DNA from: an uncultured bacterium
Lineage (GTDB): Bacteria > Eisenbacteria > RBG-16-71-46
Direction: 5' to 3'
DNA: 64,000 bases
Assembly (NCBI GenBank): GCA_964542745.1
Contig: CAZIVR010000005.1
Location: forward strand, 9,142 to 73,141
Positions within the stretch are counted from its first letter, which is position 1, and every line of letters begins with the position of its first letter. Both the position numbers and the translations under genes were made by a program. Below the pieces are notes generated by a model. That model searched no databases and had not been told where the DNA came from. It saw only the letters and a list, made by a program, of their open reading frames with translations. Below, piece after piece: positions 11,396 to 21,546 of this stretch.

Positions 11396-11448
11396 GGGGA
11401 GAACCCGCGGCGCCTGGGGCGCGCCGCCGGGGCGTTCGACGCGGGAGC

Positions 11449-12117
11449 CTAGATCCAGCGCTCCTCGCGGATCGCCTCCTCGAGCGCCGCGGCCAGCTCC
11501 GAGAGCCGCCGGTCGAAGAAGTGCGTGCCGCCCGGCACGCGCACCAGCCGCTTGGGGTCGGCCCAGTTCGGGAACTCGCGTTCGAGCAGCGCCGCGGGGC
11601 AGATGTCGTCGGCGTCGCCCTGGATCACGAGCTTGGGCGTGGCGCAGTCGTGGAGGGCGGCGAAGCTCGAGGTGCGGACCGGGGGCGCCACCAGCACCAG
11701 CCGCTCCACGGCGGGCTCGCGGGCGGCGAGGCGCGCGGCGACCCACGATCCGAACGAGAAGCCCGCGAGCCACGGCTGCGCGCGCGGGTGCCGCTCGCGC
11801 AGCCACTCGAGCGCGACGCGCGCGTCGTCCAGCTCGCCCTCGCCGCGGTCGTGCGTTCCCGCACTCTTGCCGACGCCCCGGAAGTTGAAACGCAGCACGG
11901 CGGCGCCCAGGCCGTGCAGCACGCCGGCCACCCGGTGCACCACCTTGTTGTGGAGCGTGCCGCCGTAGAGGGGATGCGGATGGCACACGACCGCCACGAT
12001 GCCGGGGCGATCCCCGTCCCGCTCCTGCAGCAGGGCTTCGAGGGCGCCCGCCGGGCCCTGCAGGGTCTGCGCGGCGAGCCGTGAAGCCGCTCCGGCCTCG
12101 TTCGGCGGGCCGGTCAT
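11449..12117 (-). CDS. alpha/beta hydrolase (COG2945-like; GFSFG nucleophile elbow)
   Basis: It has the motifs VVCHPHPLYGGTLHNKVV and GFSFGSWVA. The ATG overlaps the upstream gene's stop (ATGA), which indicates translational coupling. Confidence 0.75.
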   Translation of the reverse strand: MTGPPNEAGAASRLAAQTLQGPAGALEALLQERDGDRPGIVAVVCHPHPLYGGTLHNKVVHRVAGVLHGLGAAVLRFNFRGVGKSAGTHDRGEGELDDARVALEWLRERHPRAQPWLAGFSFGSWVAARLAAREPAVERLVLVAPPVRTSSFAALHDCATPKLVIQGDADDICPAALLEREFPNWADPKRLVRVPGGTHFFDRRLSELAAALEEAIREERWI

Positions 12118-12602
12118 CCCCGGGGGTAGGGCTTGAAGCGCGCGCGCAGCTGGTCGGCGAGGTCGGAGTCGAGCGTGGCGAAGTTGAGCCCCACGCCGTC
12201 CCCGAGCGCGAGCAGGCAGCCCGCGTCGAGCAGCCACTCCTCGAGCCCGAGCGGCGTGCCCGAGGTGAAGTCGCCGAGGTCGCTGCTGAGCCTGCCGGGG
12301 AACGACTCGAACTCGTCGTTCCACTCCGCGAGAAGCAGCAGCTCGTCGTTGCCCGCGAACAGCCCGAGCATGTTGAACTGGTCGAGCGCCCCGGGCTCGA
12401 GCAGCAGCACGCCGCGATGCTCGCGCACGCGAATGCCCTCGGCCCGCAGCCGCCGGCGAACCGTGGGCACCTCGACCGGACGCTCCTGCGCTTCCATGAC
12501 CGGGATCGCGGCCATCTCGAAGTGCGGAAGGAGGTCCACGCCCGCGTCCACCACGTCGGAGATGGTGGCGCGAAGGCACCCGGATTGAAGTCGCTCGCTC
12601 AT
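12114..12602 (-). CDS. hypothetical protein (weak SUKH/SMI1-KNR4-like resemblance)
   Basis: The only clean part of ORF 12114..13427 is 162 aa long and acidic, with LFAGNDELLLLAEWNDEFESF and LALGDGVGLNF motifs. It is translationally coupled to the downstream hydrolase. Confidence 0.5.
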   Translation of the reverse strand: MSERLQSGCLRATISDVVDAGVDLLPHFEMAAIPVMEAQERPVEVPTVRRRLRAEGIRVREHRGVLLLEPGALDQFNMLGLFAGNDELLLLAEWNDEFESFPGRLSSDLGDFTSGTPLGLEEWLLDAGCLLALGDGVGLNFATLDSDLADQLRARFKPYPRG

Positions 12603-12908
12603 GAGAGGGCGGGCATCATAGGTCCGGGGTCCGCGGGGGGCAACGCGATCCGGGCGTTCGGGCGAGAATTCCCCCGGGCGCCGCGCGGCGCGCGGCACGC
12701 GCGGAGCCCGGTCGCGTCCGGATGCGGCGGGCTCGGCGAAGCCGCCGGGGCGTCGTAGGATGGAACCGTCGTCCCGATCCCGGACCGGAGGATGGATGAG
12801 CCCGCTCGCCCCGATCGTGATGTTGGCCGCCCTCGCCGCCGCGGCGCCCGCGCGCATGCCGCACCCGGGGCCCGTGCTCGTGACCCCGGGACGCGGGACG
12901 GAGGGCGG

Positions 12909-13439
12909 ATGGGAGCCGGCGCGATGAGCGGGCACGGGTCGGCGCGCGCCGCCGGCGCGCCCGGACCGGCGGAGGCCCGCGTGCGCCGGGCCCTCCCCTC
13001 CGAGCGCGGCCTGCTGGTCGCGCTGATGGCCGAGTTCTACGCGGAGTCGGGATTTCCCTTCGACGCGGAGCGCGCCGGCGCGGCCTTCGACCAGCTGCTC
13101 GCCGCCGCCGGACGCGGCAGCGCGTGGCTGCTCGAATCGGAGGGCGAGATCGCCGGCTACTTCGTGCTCACGCTCTCCTTCAGCATGGAGTTCGGCGGGC
13201 CGAGCGCGTTCCTCGACGACCTGTTCGTGCGCGAGCGCTTCCGGGGCCGCGGCCTCGGCGCCCTCGCCCTCGCCCGGCTGCGCGAGGAGTGCGAGTCGCT
13301 CGGCGTGCGCGCGGTGCATCTCGAGGTGGCGCCCGGGAACGAGGCCGCGCTTCGCCTCTACCGCCGGGCCGGTTTCACCGCGCGGGGACTGACCCTGCTC
13401 TCCCTGTCGCTCGCGCCGCCGCTCCACGAGGCGGAATAG
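12909..13439 (+). CDS. GNAT family N-acetyltransferase
   Basis: It carries the acetyl-CoA binding motif RGRGLGALAL and AVHLEVAPGNEAALRLYRRAGF. GGAGG lies 5 nt upstream of the ATG. Confidence 0.75.
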   Translation: MGAGAMSGHGSARAAGAPGPAEARVRRALPSERGLLVALMAEFYAESGFPFDAERAGAAFDQLLAAAGRGSAWLLESEGEIAGYFVLTLSFSMEFGGPSAFLDDLFVRERFRGRGLGALALARLREECESLGVRAVHLEVAPGNEAALRLYRRAGFTARGLTLLSLSLAPPLHEAE

Positions 13440-13448
13440 CGCACGGCT

Positions 13449-15515
13449 TCACCGACCGGAGCCGGGCGGCGGGGAATCGCCGGGCCCGCTCCCGCCTCCG
13501 CGCGACGGCGGAACCGTCAGCACGGTGCAGCGCACCCGGTGCCTCAGCGCGGACACGGTGGCGCCGTAGATCAGGTCGCCGAGGAAGCCGTGGCCGTGGG
13601 ACCCCGTGATCAGCAGGTCCGCCCCCAGCTCGTTCGTCATGCGCGCCAGCTCGCCGCGCGGGTCCCCGAAACCGAGCTGCACCCGCGCCGGGATCCCGGC
13701 CGCGCGCAGCGCCTCGGCGTGACGCTCGAGCAGCGCCTGGTCCTCGCGCTGCTCGAGGTCCGACGACTCGGCGCCGAGGAACCGGCTGGCCGCGCTCTCC
13801 GCCACGTGCAGGAGCACGACCTCGCCCCCCGCGGGCAGCGGGAGACCGCGCACGTGGTCGAGCACCGCGGCGTCCGAGGGGCCGAGGTCGAGCGCCACCG
13901 CCACCAGCTTCCAGCGCGCGTCGGCGGCCGGCAGCATGGGCTCGGGCGCCACCGCGGGCGCCGGCGGCGGCATCCCCGGGGGACGGCCCCCGCCCGCCGT
14001 CGCGGGCGCGCCGGCGTGGCCGCCCCTCAGCACGCCGGGGGCGAAGCGCGCGAGGAGCGGCATGAACAGGATCACCGCGAGCAGCAGCGCCACCGCGGCC
14101 ACCGCCGGAAGGACCAGCCCGGGCAGCCACCACGAGCCCGGGGGGGCCGCCGCGATCCACTCGCCGAGCGTGTCCACGACCAGCTTGGCGTTGAGCCCGA
14201 TGATCGCCGCCGCCGCCACCACCGCCACGACGATCACCCAGACCGGATTGGCGAACGGGCCCATCTTGGCCCGGTCGCTCGTGAAGGTGATGAGCGGCAC
14301 CACCGCGAACGAGAGCTGCAGGCTCAGCACCACCTGCGAGAGCACCAGCAGGTCGTCCACGCCGCGCTCGCCGGACCACACGATCACCAGCGCCGCCGGG
14401 ATGATCGCGAGCCCGCGGCTGATGAGCCGGCGCAGCCAGGGCTGGATGCGGATGCGCAGGAACCCCTCCATCACGATCTGGCCGGCGAGCGTGCCGGTGA
14501 TGGTGCTGGCCTGGCCCGAGGCGAGCAGCGCCACGGCGAACAGCGTGGAGGCGGCCGCCGTGCCGAGCAGCGGCGCCAGCAGCCGGTGCGCCTCGTGGAG
14601 GCTCGACACGCCCTCGTGGCCCGTGGTGTGGAACACCGTGCCCGCCAGCACCAGGATCGCGCCGTTCACGAACAGCGCCGCGTTGAGCGCCACCACCGAG
14701 TCCACCAGGTTGTGGCGGCACGCCTGCCGCTTGGCCTCGATCGAGGCCGCCACCGCGCGGCTCTGCACCAGCGAGCTGTGCAGGTAGAGGTTGTGGGGCA
14801 TCACCGTGGCGCCGAGGATGCCCATCGCGATGTAGAGCGACTCGCCGGTGAGCCCGAGCACGGTGCGCCCTCCCTCGGGGTCGCGGCCGAACAGGCTCGG
14901 GACGCCGGCCGCGTCGCGCGGGATCACGTGGGTGAGGATCGCCAGGACGTCGGGCCGCGAGAGGAACATCTCCACGGCGAAGCAGCCGCCGATGGTCGCC
15001 ACCAGCGTGATGATGATCGCCTCGAGACGGCGCATGCCGAGCCGCCCGAGCGCGAGCAGCAGCAGCACGTCGGCCCCGGTGATGAGCACCCCCCACAGCA
15101 GCGGAACGCCGAACAGCAGCTGGAGCCCGATGGCCGCGCCCAGCACCTCGGCCAGGTCGCAGGCGATGATCGCGATCTCGCACAGGATCCACAGGGGAAT
15201 GGTGAGGAACGACGGGTAGTAGTCGCGGCACGCCTGCGCGAGATCCTTGCCGGTCACCACCCCGAGCCGCGCCGACAGGGTCTGGAGCAGCACGGCGATC
15301 AGGTTGCTCATCACCAGCACCCAGACCAGCTGGTAGCCGAACTTGGCGCCGCCCGCGAGATCGGTGGCCCAGTTGCCCGGGTCCATGTAGCCGACGCTCA
15401 CGAGGTAGGCGGGCCCCGCGAACGCCAGCATGCGGCGCAGCCAGTTCCCCGTCTGCGGGATCTCGACGGTGCGGTGGACCTCGGCCAGCGAGCGGGTTTC
15501 GTGCTCGTGCTTCAC
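13449..15515 (-). CDS. mntH: Nramp-family divalent metal (Mn2+/Fe2+) transporter fused to a C-terminal universal stress protein (UspA) domain
   Basis: The N-terminal ~430 aa is MntH (GPAYLVSVGYMDPGNWATDL and MPHNLYLHSS). The C-terminal ~140 aa is a Usp fold (WKLVAVALDLGPSD...ADLLITGSHGHGFL). The start is GTG, with GGAGG 5 nt upstream. It overlaps the mntR stop (GTGA). Confidence 0.85.
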   Translation of the reverse strand: MKHEHETRSLAEVHRTVEIPQTGNWLRRMLAFAGPAYLVSVGYMDPGNWATDLAGGAKFGYQLVWVLVMSNLIAVLLQTLSARLGVVTGKDLAQACRDYYPSFLTIPLWILCEIAIIACDLAEVLGAAIGLQLLFGVPLLWGVLITGADVLLLLALGRLGMRRLEAIIITLVATIGGCFAVEMFLSRPDVLAILTHVIPRDAAGVPSLFGRDPEGGRTVLGLTGESLYIAMGILGATVMPHNLYLHSSLVQSRAVAASIEAKRQACRHNLVDSVVALNAALFVNGAILVLAGTVFHTTGHEGVSSLHEAHRLLAPLLGTAAASTLFAVALLASGQASTITGTLAGQIVMEGFLRIRIQPWLRRLISRGLAIIPAALVIVWSGERGVDDLLVLSQVVLSLQLSFAVVPLITFTSDRAKMGPFANPVWVIVVAVVAAAAIIGLNAKLVVDTLGEWIAAAPPGSWWLPGLVLPAVAAVALLLAVILFMPLLARFAPGVLRGGHAGAPATAGGGRPPGMPPPAPAVAPEPMLPAADARWKLVAVALDLGPSDAAVLDHVRGLPLPAGGEVVLLHVAESAASRFLGAESSDLEQREDQALLERHAEALRAAGIPARVQLGFGDPRGELARMTNELGADLLITGSHGHGFLGDLIYGATVSALRHRVRCTVLTVPPSRGGGSGPGDSPPPGSGR

Positions 15516-16189
15516 GACGGCCTCCGCCGGGCGCGCGCCTCGACCATCACGCCCTCGAGACCCTCGCTGCCCGAGGACATGCGGCGGCCCCCGACCTCGA
15601 ACTCGAACACGTCCTCGATCCCGCGCACCGCGCGCATCTCGACCACCGCGCCCGGCACCAGGCCCGCCCGCTTCCAGTGCGCCATGCGCGCGCGGTCGCC
15701 GTCGCGGATCTCGCGCACCGTGGCGCGCGCCCCCGCCGCGAGCGAGGTGAGCGGCGCGAGCGCGCGGCGGCGCATGTGGCCCGAGCGGTCGGGAATCACG
15801 TGCCCGTGCGGGTCCTCGGACGGGTGGCCGCACAGCCGGTCGAGGGCCTCGAGCACGCGGTCGCTGACGTGATGTTCGAGCACCTCGGCGTCCTCGTGCA
15901 CCTCCGACCAGTCGAGCCCGAGCACGTTCGTGAGGAAGGTCTCGAGGATGCGGTGGCGCCGCACCAGGTCGAGCGCCAGCCGGCGCCCGGCGGCGGAGAG
16001 CCGCGCGCCGGTCCCGGGCGCGAGCACGACGAGCCCGTCGCGCGAGAGGCGCCGCAGCATGTTGGTGGCCGACGGCATCGAGACCGCGAGGCGCGCCGCC
16101 AGCTGCGAGGTGGACACCACGCCGGTCTCGCCGCCCAGCGCGAACAGCGCCTTCACGTAGTCCTGCCGGGCGCGCGTCGGGGCCTTCAT
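15512..16189 (-). CDS. mntR: DtxR/MntR-family metal-dependent transcriptional repressor with C-terminal FeoA/SH3-like domain
   Basis: It has an HTH (TSQLAARLAVSMPSATNMLRRL), the metal-site residues and a C-terminal SH3-like domain. Its size is 225 aa. Confidence 0.85.
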   Translation of the reverse strand: MKAPTRARQDYVKALFALGGETGVVSTSQLAARLAVSMPSATNMLRRLSRDGLVVLAPGTGARLSAAGRRLALDLVRRHRILETFLTNVLGLDWSEVHEDAEVLEHHVSDRVLEALDRLCGHPSEDPHGHVIPDRSGHMRRRALAPLTSLAAGARATVREIRDGDRARMAHWKRAGLVPGAVVEMRAVRGIEDVFEFEVGGRRMSSGSEGLEGVMVEARARRRPS

Positions 16190-16208
16190 GCGGAGGCGGG
16201 CTCCTCTC

Positions 16209-17417
16209 CTAGAAGTAGGTGGCGAGGCCGAAGGTCCACGCCGCCTCCGGTCCGAGGTTGTTGAAGCGGTCCCGCGACTCGCCGCGCGTGAAGGCGATCC
16301 GGAGCACGGTCTCTGGCACCGGCCGGAAACCGAGGCCCGCGGTCAGCGAGCGGCGCGAGTCTCCGGGAAGGTCGCGGTCGAAGTCCACCGCCTCGGCGCG
16401 CACCGCCACCGTGAAGTGCGAGCCCGGCATGGCGCGCACGCGCCCGTGGCCGAACGCACGCGCGGCCTCGACGTAGGCTCCCGACTGCCGCCCGGCGAAC
16501 AGGCCCGGCAGGGACTCGGGGAGATCCGCGCTCACCAGCGCGGCCTCGGCGAGCACGCGCACCCCCGCGAGCGACGCCTCGAGATCGGCGACGCCGACGC
16601 GCAGGTCGCGGCGCTCGTCCACGTCGAGCCCCTCGAGCCGGTACACGTTGTAGGCGCCGCGGTAGCCGGAGATCCCGGCCGCGAGCCGCCCGCCCCGGCC
16701 GCCCTCCGCCTCGCGGCTCCACTCGAGGCGGCCCACCCACGCGGGCGAGGCGTTCGCGTCCTCGGGGTTCGACTTGCCGGGGGGCAGCCGCAGGCCGTCG
16801 CCGCTCGCCTCGAGGATGCGCGCGTCGTAGCCGGTGACGCCGTATCCCTCGTAGGTCAGCCGGGAGCCGGCCTCTCCGAACGCGCCGAACAGGCCGAGCC
16901 CCGGCTGCGAGAGCGCGGAGCCCAGCAGCTCGGTGGCCACGAGCGGGCGCCCGGGCAGGGACTGGCGCGGCGCGTCGTGCGCCAGGTTGAAGCGCCCGAG
17001 CGGGAGCAGCAGCATGCCGCCGCGCAGGTTCGCGGCGCGGTGGAAGCGCACGTCCACCTGCGCCAGCTCGAGGACGATCTCCTCCCCTCCCTCCTCGAAC
17101 TCGATCTCGGTCCACACCTCGACCCGCTCGCGCAGCACGGTGGAGGTGAGCAGGTTGAGCCGGGTGACCTCGAAGCCCAGTTCCTCGGTGGCGCCGCCGG
17201 CGCGCTCCCAGATTCCCGCGGCCTCGACGTAGCCGCCCACGCGCACGCGCCCGAACACGCCCTCGACGTAGGGCTTGTCGTCGTAGCCGCCGGGCAGGAA
17301 CGGGGACCGGACCGCCGGCGCGGCGCTCGAGTCGAGGCCCGCCGCTCCCGCGGGGGCCGCCGCGCACGCGGCGAGCGCCGCGAGGAGCGCCGGTGCGGCC
17401 CAGCGGCGGGCGCTCAT
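16209..17417 (-). CDS. outer-membrane beta-barrel protein (porin-like), signal peptide, C-terminal aromatic residue
   Basis: It has a signal peptide MSARRWAAPALLAALAACAAAPAGAAG, alternating amphipathic beta strands and a terminal ...TFGLATYF. It has an ATGA overlap with the upstream di-heme gene. Confidence 0.6.
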   Translation of the reverse strand: MSARRWAAPALLAALAACAAAPAGAAGLDSSAAPAVRSPFLPGGYDDKPYVEGVFGRVRVGGYVEAAGIWERAGGATEELGFEVTRLNLLTSTVLRERVEVWTEIEFEEGGEEIVLELAQVDVRFHRAANLRGGMLLLPLGRFNLAHDAPRQSLPGRPLVATELLGSALSQPGLGLFGAFGEAGSRLTYEGYGVTGYDARILEASGDGLRLPPGKSNPEDANASPAWVGRLEWSREAEGGRGGRLAAGISGYRGAYNVYRLEGLDVDERRDLRVGVADLEASLAGVRVLAEAALVSADLPESLPGLFAGRQSGAYVEAARAFGHGRVRAMPGSHFTVAVRAEAVDFDRDLPGDSRRSLTAGLGFRPVPETVLRIAFTRGESRDRFNNLGPEAAWTFGLATYF

Positions 17418-18691
17418 CGCGACTCCACGAAGTCGAGGAGCGCGGCGCGGTCCCCGGCGGGCAGCGTCGAGAAGGCGTCGCGCGCGGCCTGCGCCTCGCC
17501 GCCGTGGAGCAGGATCGCCTCCTCGACCGAGCGCGCGCGGCCGTCGTGCAGCAGGAACGCCTGCCCGTTGAGGAAGTCGCGCATCACGCGCAGGCCCCAC
17601 AGGGGCGTGGTGCGCCACTCGCGTCCGTCGGCGTATCCGTCGGGCCGGCGGTCGGCGAGGCCGTCCCCCATGTCGTGGAGCAGCAAGTCCGAGAACAGCG
17701 GCACCTCGCGATTCGCGAGCGCCGCGACGCGGTTCGGCCCGGTGCGCAGCACCGGCGTGTGGCATCCCGCGCAGCCCACGGTGCCGAACAGCTGCCGGCC
17801 GCGTTCCCGGCGCGCGGTCATCGGACCCGGCGCGGGAGGCGCGAGCAGGCGCAGGTACGCGACCACCGCGCGCACCGCGCTCGCACCGAGCTCGGGGTCG
17901 GGCACGCGGTCGGCGCCCTCGTGCGCGGACGAAGCTTGCGGGTTGACGATCTCGTCGGGGCGGAAGTCGGTGGTCACGCCCATGTCCTGGTGGTAAGCGT
18001 CCACGGTCTGCTGGAGCAGCGAGGACACCTGCGCCTTGCGGCCGAAGCGGCCGAGCTGGAGCCCGGGCCCGCCGCCCGGCTCGTGGGCGGGGACGAAATC
18101 CGCCGCGGGGACCAGGCTCGCGCGCCCCGAGATGCCGTCGTTGTCGGCGTCGCCCGGATCGGCGCGCGCGAGAATGCTGTCCGCGGGGATCGCCTCGAGG
18201 AGCCCGACGCCGAACACCGGGGGCGGCAGGCGTCGCGAAACGTCCACGCCGGGAGGCAGCCGCTCGGCGATCGCCCCGGGGATCGCACGGTCCTGCACCT
18301 GCGGGCCGCCCTGCTCGAGCAGCGGGTCCGCGCCGAGGCTGAAGCGGGTGAGCACGTTCTCCGGGCGGCCGCGCCCGTCCCCGCTGTGGCACGAGGCGCA
18401 CGACACGTTGTTGAAGATCGGTCCCAGGCCCTCGGCGATCGCGAACGCCTTCCCGAACTGGGCGTCGCCCTCCGCGAAGGCGGCGTTCTCGGCCGGGGTC
18501 AGGCCCTCGAGCGGGGAGTCGAAGAGGTCGCCGGGCTCCGGGGCGGTGGTCATGAGCGTGCCGCAGCCGAACCCGGCGAGCGCCGCGCCCACCAGCAGCG
18601 CGGGCAGGACGCGCAGCGGCCGCGGCGGTCCCGCGGGACGCGGCGCGGGGTCCGGCGCGGAGGGACGGCGCGGGTCGGCGGGTCGCTTCAT
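17414..18691 (-). CDS. di-heme cytochrome c peroxidase-like oxidoreductase (DUF1111 family)
   Basis: It has two CxxCH motifs (CASCH, CAGCH) and an N-terminal lipoprotein-like signal (GFGCG). Confidence 0.75.
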   Translation of the reverse strand: MKRPADPRRPSAPDPAPRPAGPPRPLRVLPALLVGAALAGFGCGTLMTTAPEPGDLFDSPLEGLTPAENAAFAEGDAQFGKAFAIAEGLGPIFNNVSCASCHSGDGRGRPENVLTRFSLGADPLLEQGGPQVQDRAIPGAIAERLPPGVDVSRRLPPPVFGVGLLEAIPADSILARADPGDADNDGISGRASLVPAADFVPAHEPGGGPGLQLGRFGRKAQVSSLLQQTVDAYHQDMGVTTDFRPDEIVNPQASSAHEGADRVPDPELGASAVRAVVAYLRLLAPPAPGPMTARRERGRQLFGTVGCAGCHTPVLRTGPNRVAALANREVPLFSDLLLHDMGDGLADRRPDGYADGREWRTTPLWGLRVMRDFLNGQAFLLHDGRARSVEEAILLHGGEAQAARDAFSTLPAGDRAALLDFVESR

Positions 18692-18783
18692 GGCTGCGCG
18701 GCTCCAGGTTCGGGGGCCTCGGCCCCGGGGGGGGCCGGTCGCGCCGGCCTCCCGATCCGGGGCCGGCGCCGCTTCGTGCGTGT

Positions 18784-18822
18784 ATTAGCTACGGCAAATG
18801 ATCGGCTTTGTCAAAGCTAATT
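18784..18822. promoter_or_regulatory. AT-rich nested palindrome (ATTAGCTACGGCAAATGATCGGCTTTGTCAAAGCTAAT); candidate metalloregulator operator overlapping a TTGACA -35
   Basis: This is the only AT-rich island in the 292-bp divergent region between the di-heme/OMP/mntR/mntH operon and the E1beta gene. It is flanked by the inverted repeat TTAGCT/AGCTAA. On the minus strand it overlaps TTGACA-17nt-TAGCTAAT. Confidence 0.35.
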
Positions 18823-18983
18823 TGCGCCCCCCGCCCCCCCCCGCGCCCGCGCCGGCCGCCCCGGTTTCGCCGCGGGCGCCCGGGCCGGCGCCGCGATTCC
18901 GCCGCGACCGCGGCGCCGGTTGCCGGGCTTCTCGGCGCTGCGATAACCTCCCGCGTCCCGCCCCACCGAGGAGACTCCCCGTC

Positions 18984-19957
<974 letters not shown>

Positions 19958-19958
<1 letters not shown>

Positions 19959-20260
19959 TGCTGGTGCTGGTCTGGGAATACCGGGTGCGCCCGGAGCGGG
20001 TCGAGGAGTTCGAGGCGTTCTACCGCCCCGACGGGCCGTGGGGCTCGCTGTTCCGCAACGCCCCGGGCTTCGTGAGCATCACGCTCATGAAGGACCTGAA
20101 CGACCCGGCGCGCTTCCTGGTCGCCGACCGATGGACCGGCGAGACCCTCTACGAGGAATTCAAGCGCGGCCACGCCGCCCAGTATTTCGACCTGAGCGCG
20201 CGCGGCCGTCGGCTCTACGAGCGCGAGACCGAGATCGGCCGCTTCGACTTCCTGGAATAG
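19958..20260 (+). CDS. antibiotic-biosynthesis-monooxygenase (ABM/Dabb) domain protein
   Basis: It is 100 aa with a ferredoxin-like ABM fold pattern. Its ATG overlaps the E1beta stop (TGATG). Confidence 0.7.
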
Positions 20261-20271
20261 ACCGAGGAGCC

Positions 20272-21546
20272 ATGGCCTACGAGGTGAAGCTTCCGGACAT
20301 CGGCGAGGGCATCGCCGAGGGCGAGATCGTCCGCTGGATGGTGAAGGTGGGCGACGCCGTGAAGGACGACCAGCCGCTGGTCGAGGTGATGACCGACAAG
20401 GCCAGCGTCGAGATCCCCTCGCCGCGCACCGGCACCATCGCCGCGATCCACGCCGAGGCGGGCAGCGTGGTGCCGGTCGGCAGCGTGATCGTGAGCATCG
20501 CGGTGGCCGGCGAGTCCGCGGCCCCGGGCGGCGCGGGCGCGCCGACGCCGGAGGAGCGGCGCTGGAACGGCGAGGGCGGCGCGGTGCCGGTGCGCGAGTC
20601 CGGCGGCCCGGCCACCACCGGCGCGCGGCCGGCGGCCGGACGGGTGCAGGCCACGCCGGCGGTGCGCGCGCTCGCGAAGCAGATGGGCGTGGCGCTCGAG
20701 TCGCTGGCGGGCTCGGGGCCGGGCGGCGCGGTCACCGCCGAGGACGTGAAGCGCGCGGCGGGAGCGGGCGCGGCCTCCCCGGCGCCCGGAGCCGAGGCCG
20801 CCGGCGCGGCGGGGCCGGGACCGGCGGCGGCGAACCCCGACGAGGAGCGCGTCCCCCTGCGCGGTCTGCGCCGGAAGATCGCCGAGGCCATGCGGCGCTC
20901 GATCGAGACCGCGGCCCACTTCACCTTCGTGGCGGAGTGCGACTTCACCGCGCTCGCCGCCCATCGCGCGGCGGCGCGCGGCCGCCCCGCGGCCTCGGGG
21001 GTCAAGCTCACCTACCTCGCCTACGTCGTGAAGGCCCTCGGCCCCACGCTCGCCGAGTTCCCCACGCTCAACGCGCGGCTCGACGACGAACGGGGCGAGA
21101 TCGTGCTCTCGAAGCGGCGCCACGTGGGCATCGCCACCGCGACCGAGGAGGGGCTCACCGTGCCGGTGATCCGCGACGCCGACCGCCGCACGCTGCTCGA
21201 GCTGGCGCGGGAGATCGAGCGGCTGGCGAAGGCGGCCCGCGACCACTCGATCCGGCTCGAGGAGCTGCAGGGCGGCACCTTCACCGTCACCAGCACCGGG
21301 GCCCGCGGCGGCGTGCTCGCGACCCCGATCCTCCACCACCCGCAGGTGGCGATCCTCGGCGTCCACGAGGTCAAGCCGAAGCCGGCGGTGGTGGACGGCC
21401 AGATCGTGATCCGCGAGCTCGGGAACCTGTCGCTGTCGCTCGATCACCGCGTGGTGGACGGCGCGGTGGGCGCCGACTTCCTCTACGCGCTGATCGCGCG
21501 CCTCGAGCGGCCCGAGAGCTGGCTCGGCGCGGAGGACCTCGCGTGA
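20272..21546 (+). CDS. dihydrolipoamide acyltransferase (E2 component)
   Basis: It has a lipoyl domain (VMTDKASVEIPSP), an Ala/Pro linker, a PSBD (ATPAVRALAKQMGV) and catalytic DHRVVDG. Confidence 0.85.
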   Translation: MAYEVKLPDIGEGIAEGEIVRWMVKVGDAVKDDQPLVEVMTDKASVEIPSPRTGTIAAIHAEAGSVVPVGSVIVSIAVAGESAAPGGAGAPTPEERRWNGEGGAVPVRESGGPATTGARPAAGRVQATPAVRALAKQMGVALESLAGSGPGGAVTAEDVKRAAGAGAASPAPGAEAAGAAGPGPAAANPDEERVPLRGLRRKIAEAMRRSIETAAHFTFVAECDFTALAAHRAAARGRPAASGVKLTYLAYVVKALGPTLAEFPTLNARLDDERGEIVLSKRRHVGIATATEEGLTVPVIRDADRRTLLELAREIERLAKAARDHSIRLEELQGGTFTVTSTGARGGVLATPILHHPQVAILGVHEVKPKPAVVDGQIVIRELGNLSLSLDHRVVDGAVGADFLYALIARLERPESWLGAEDLA

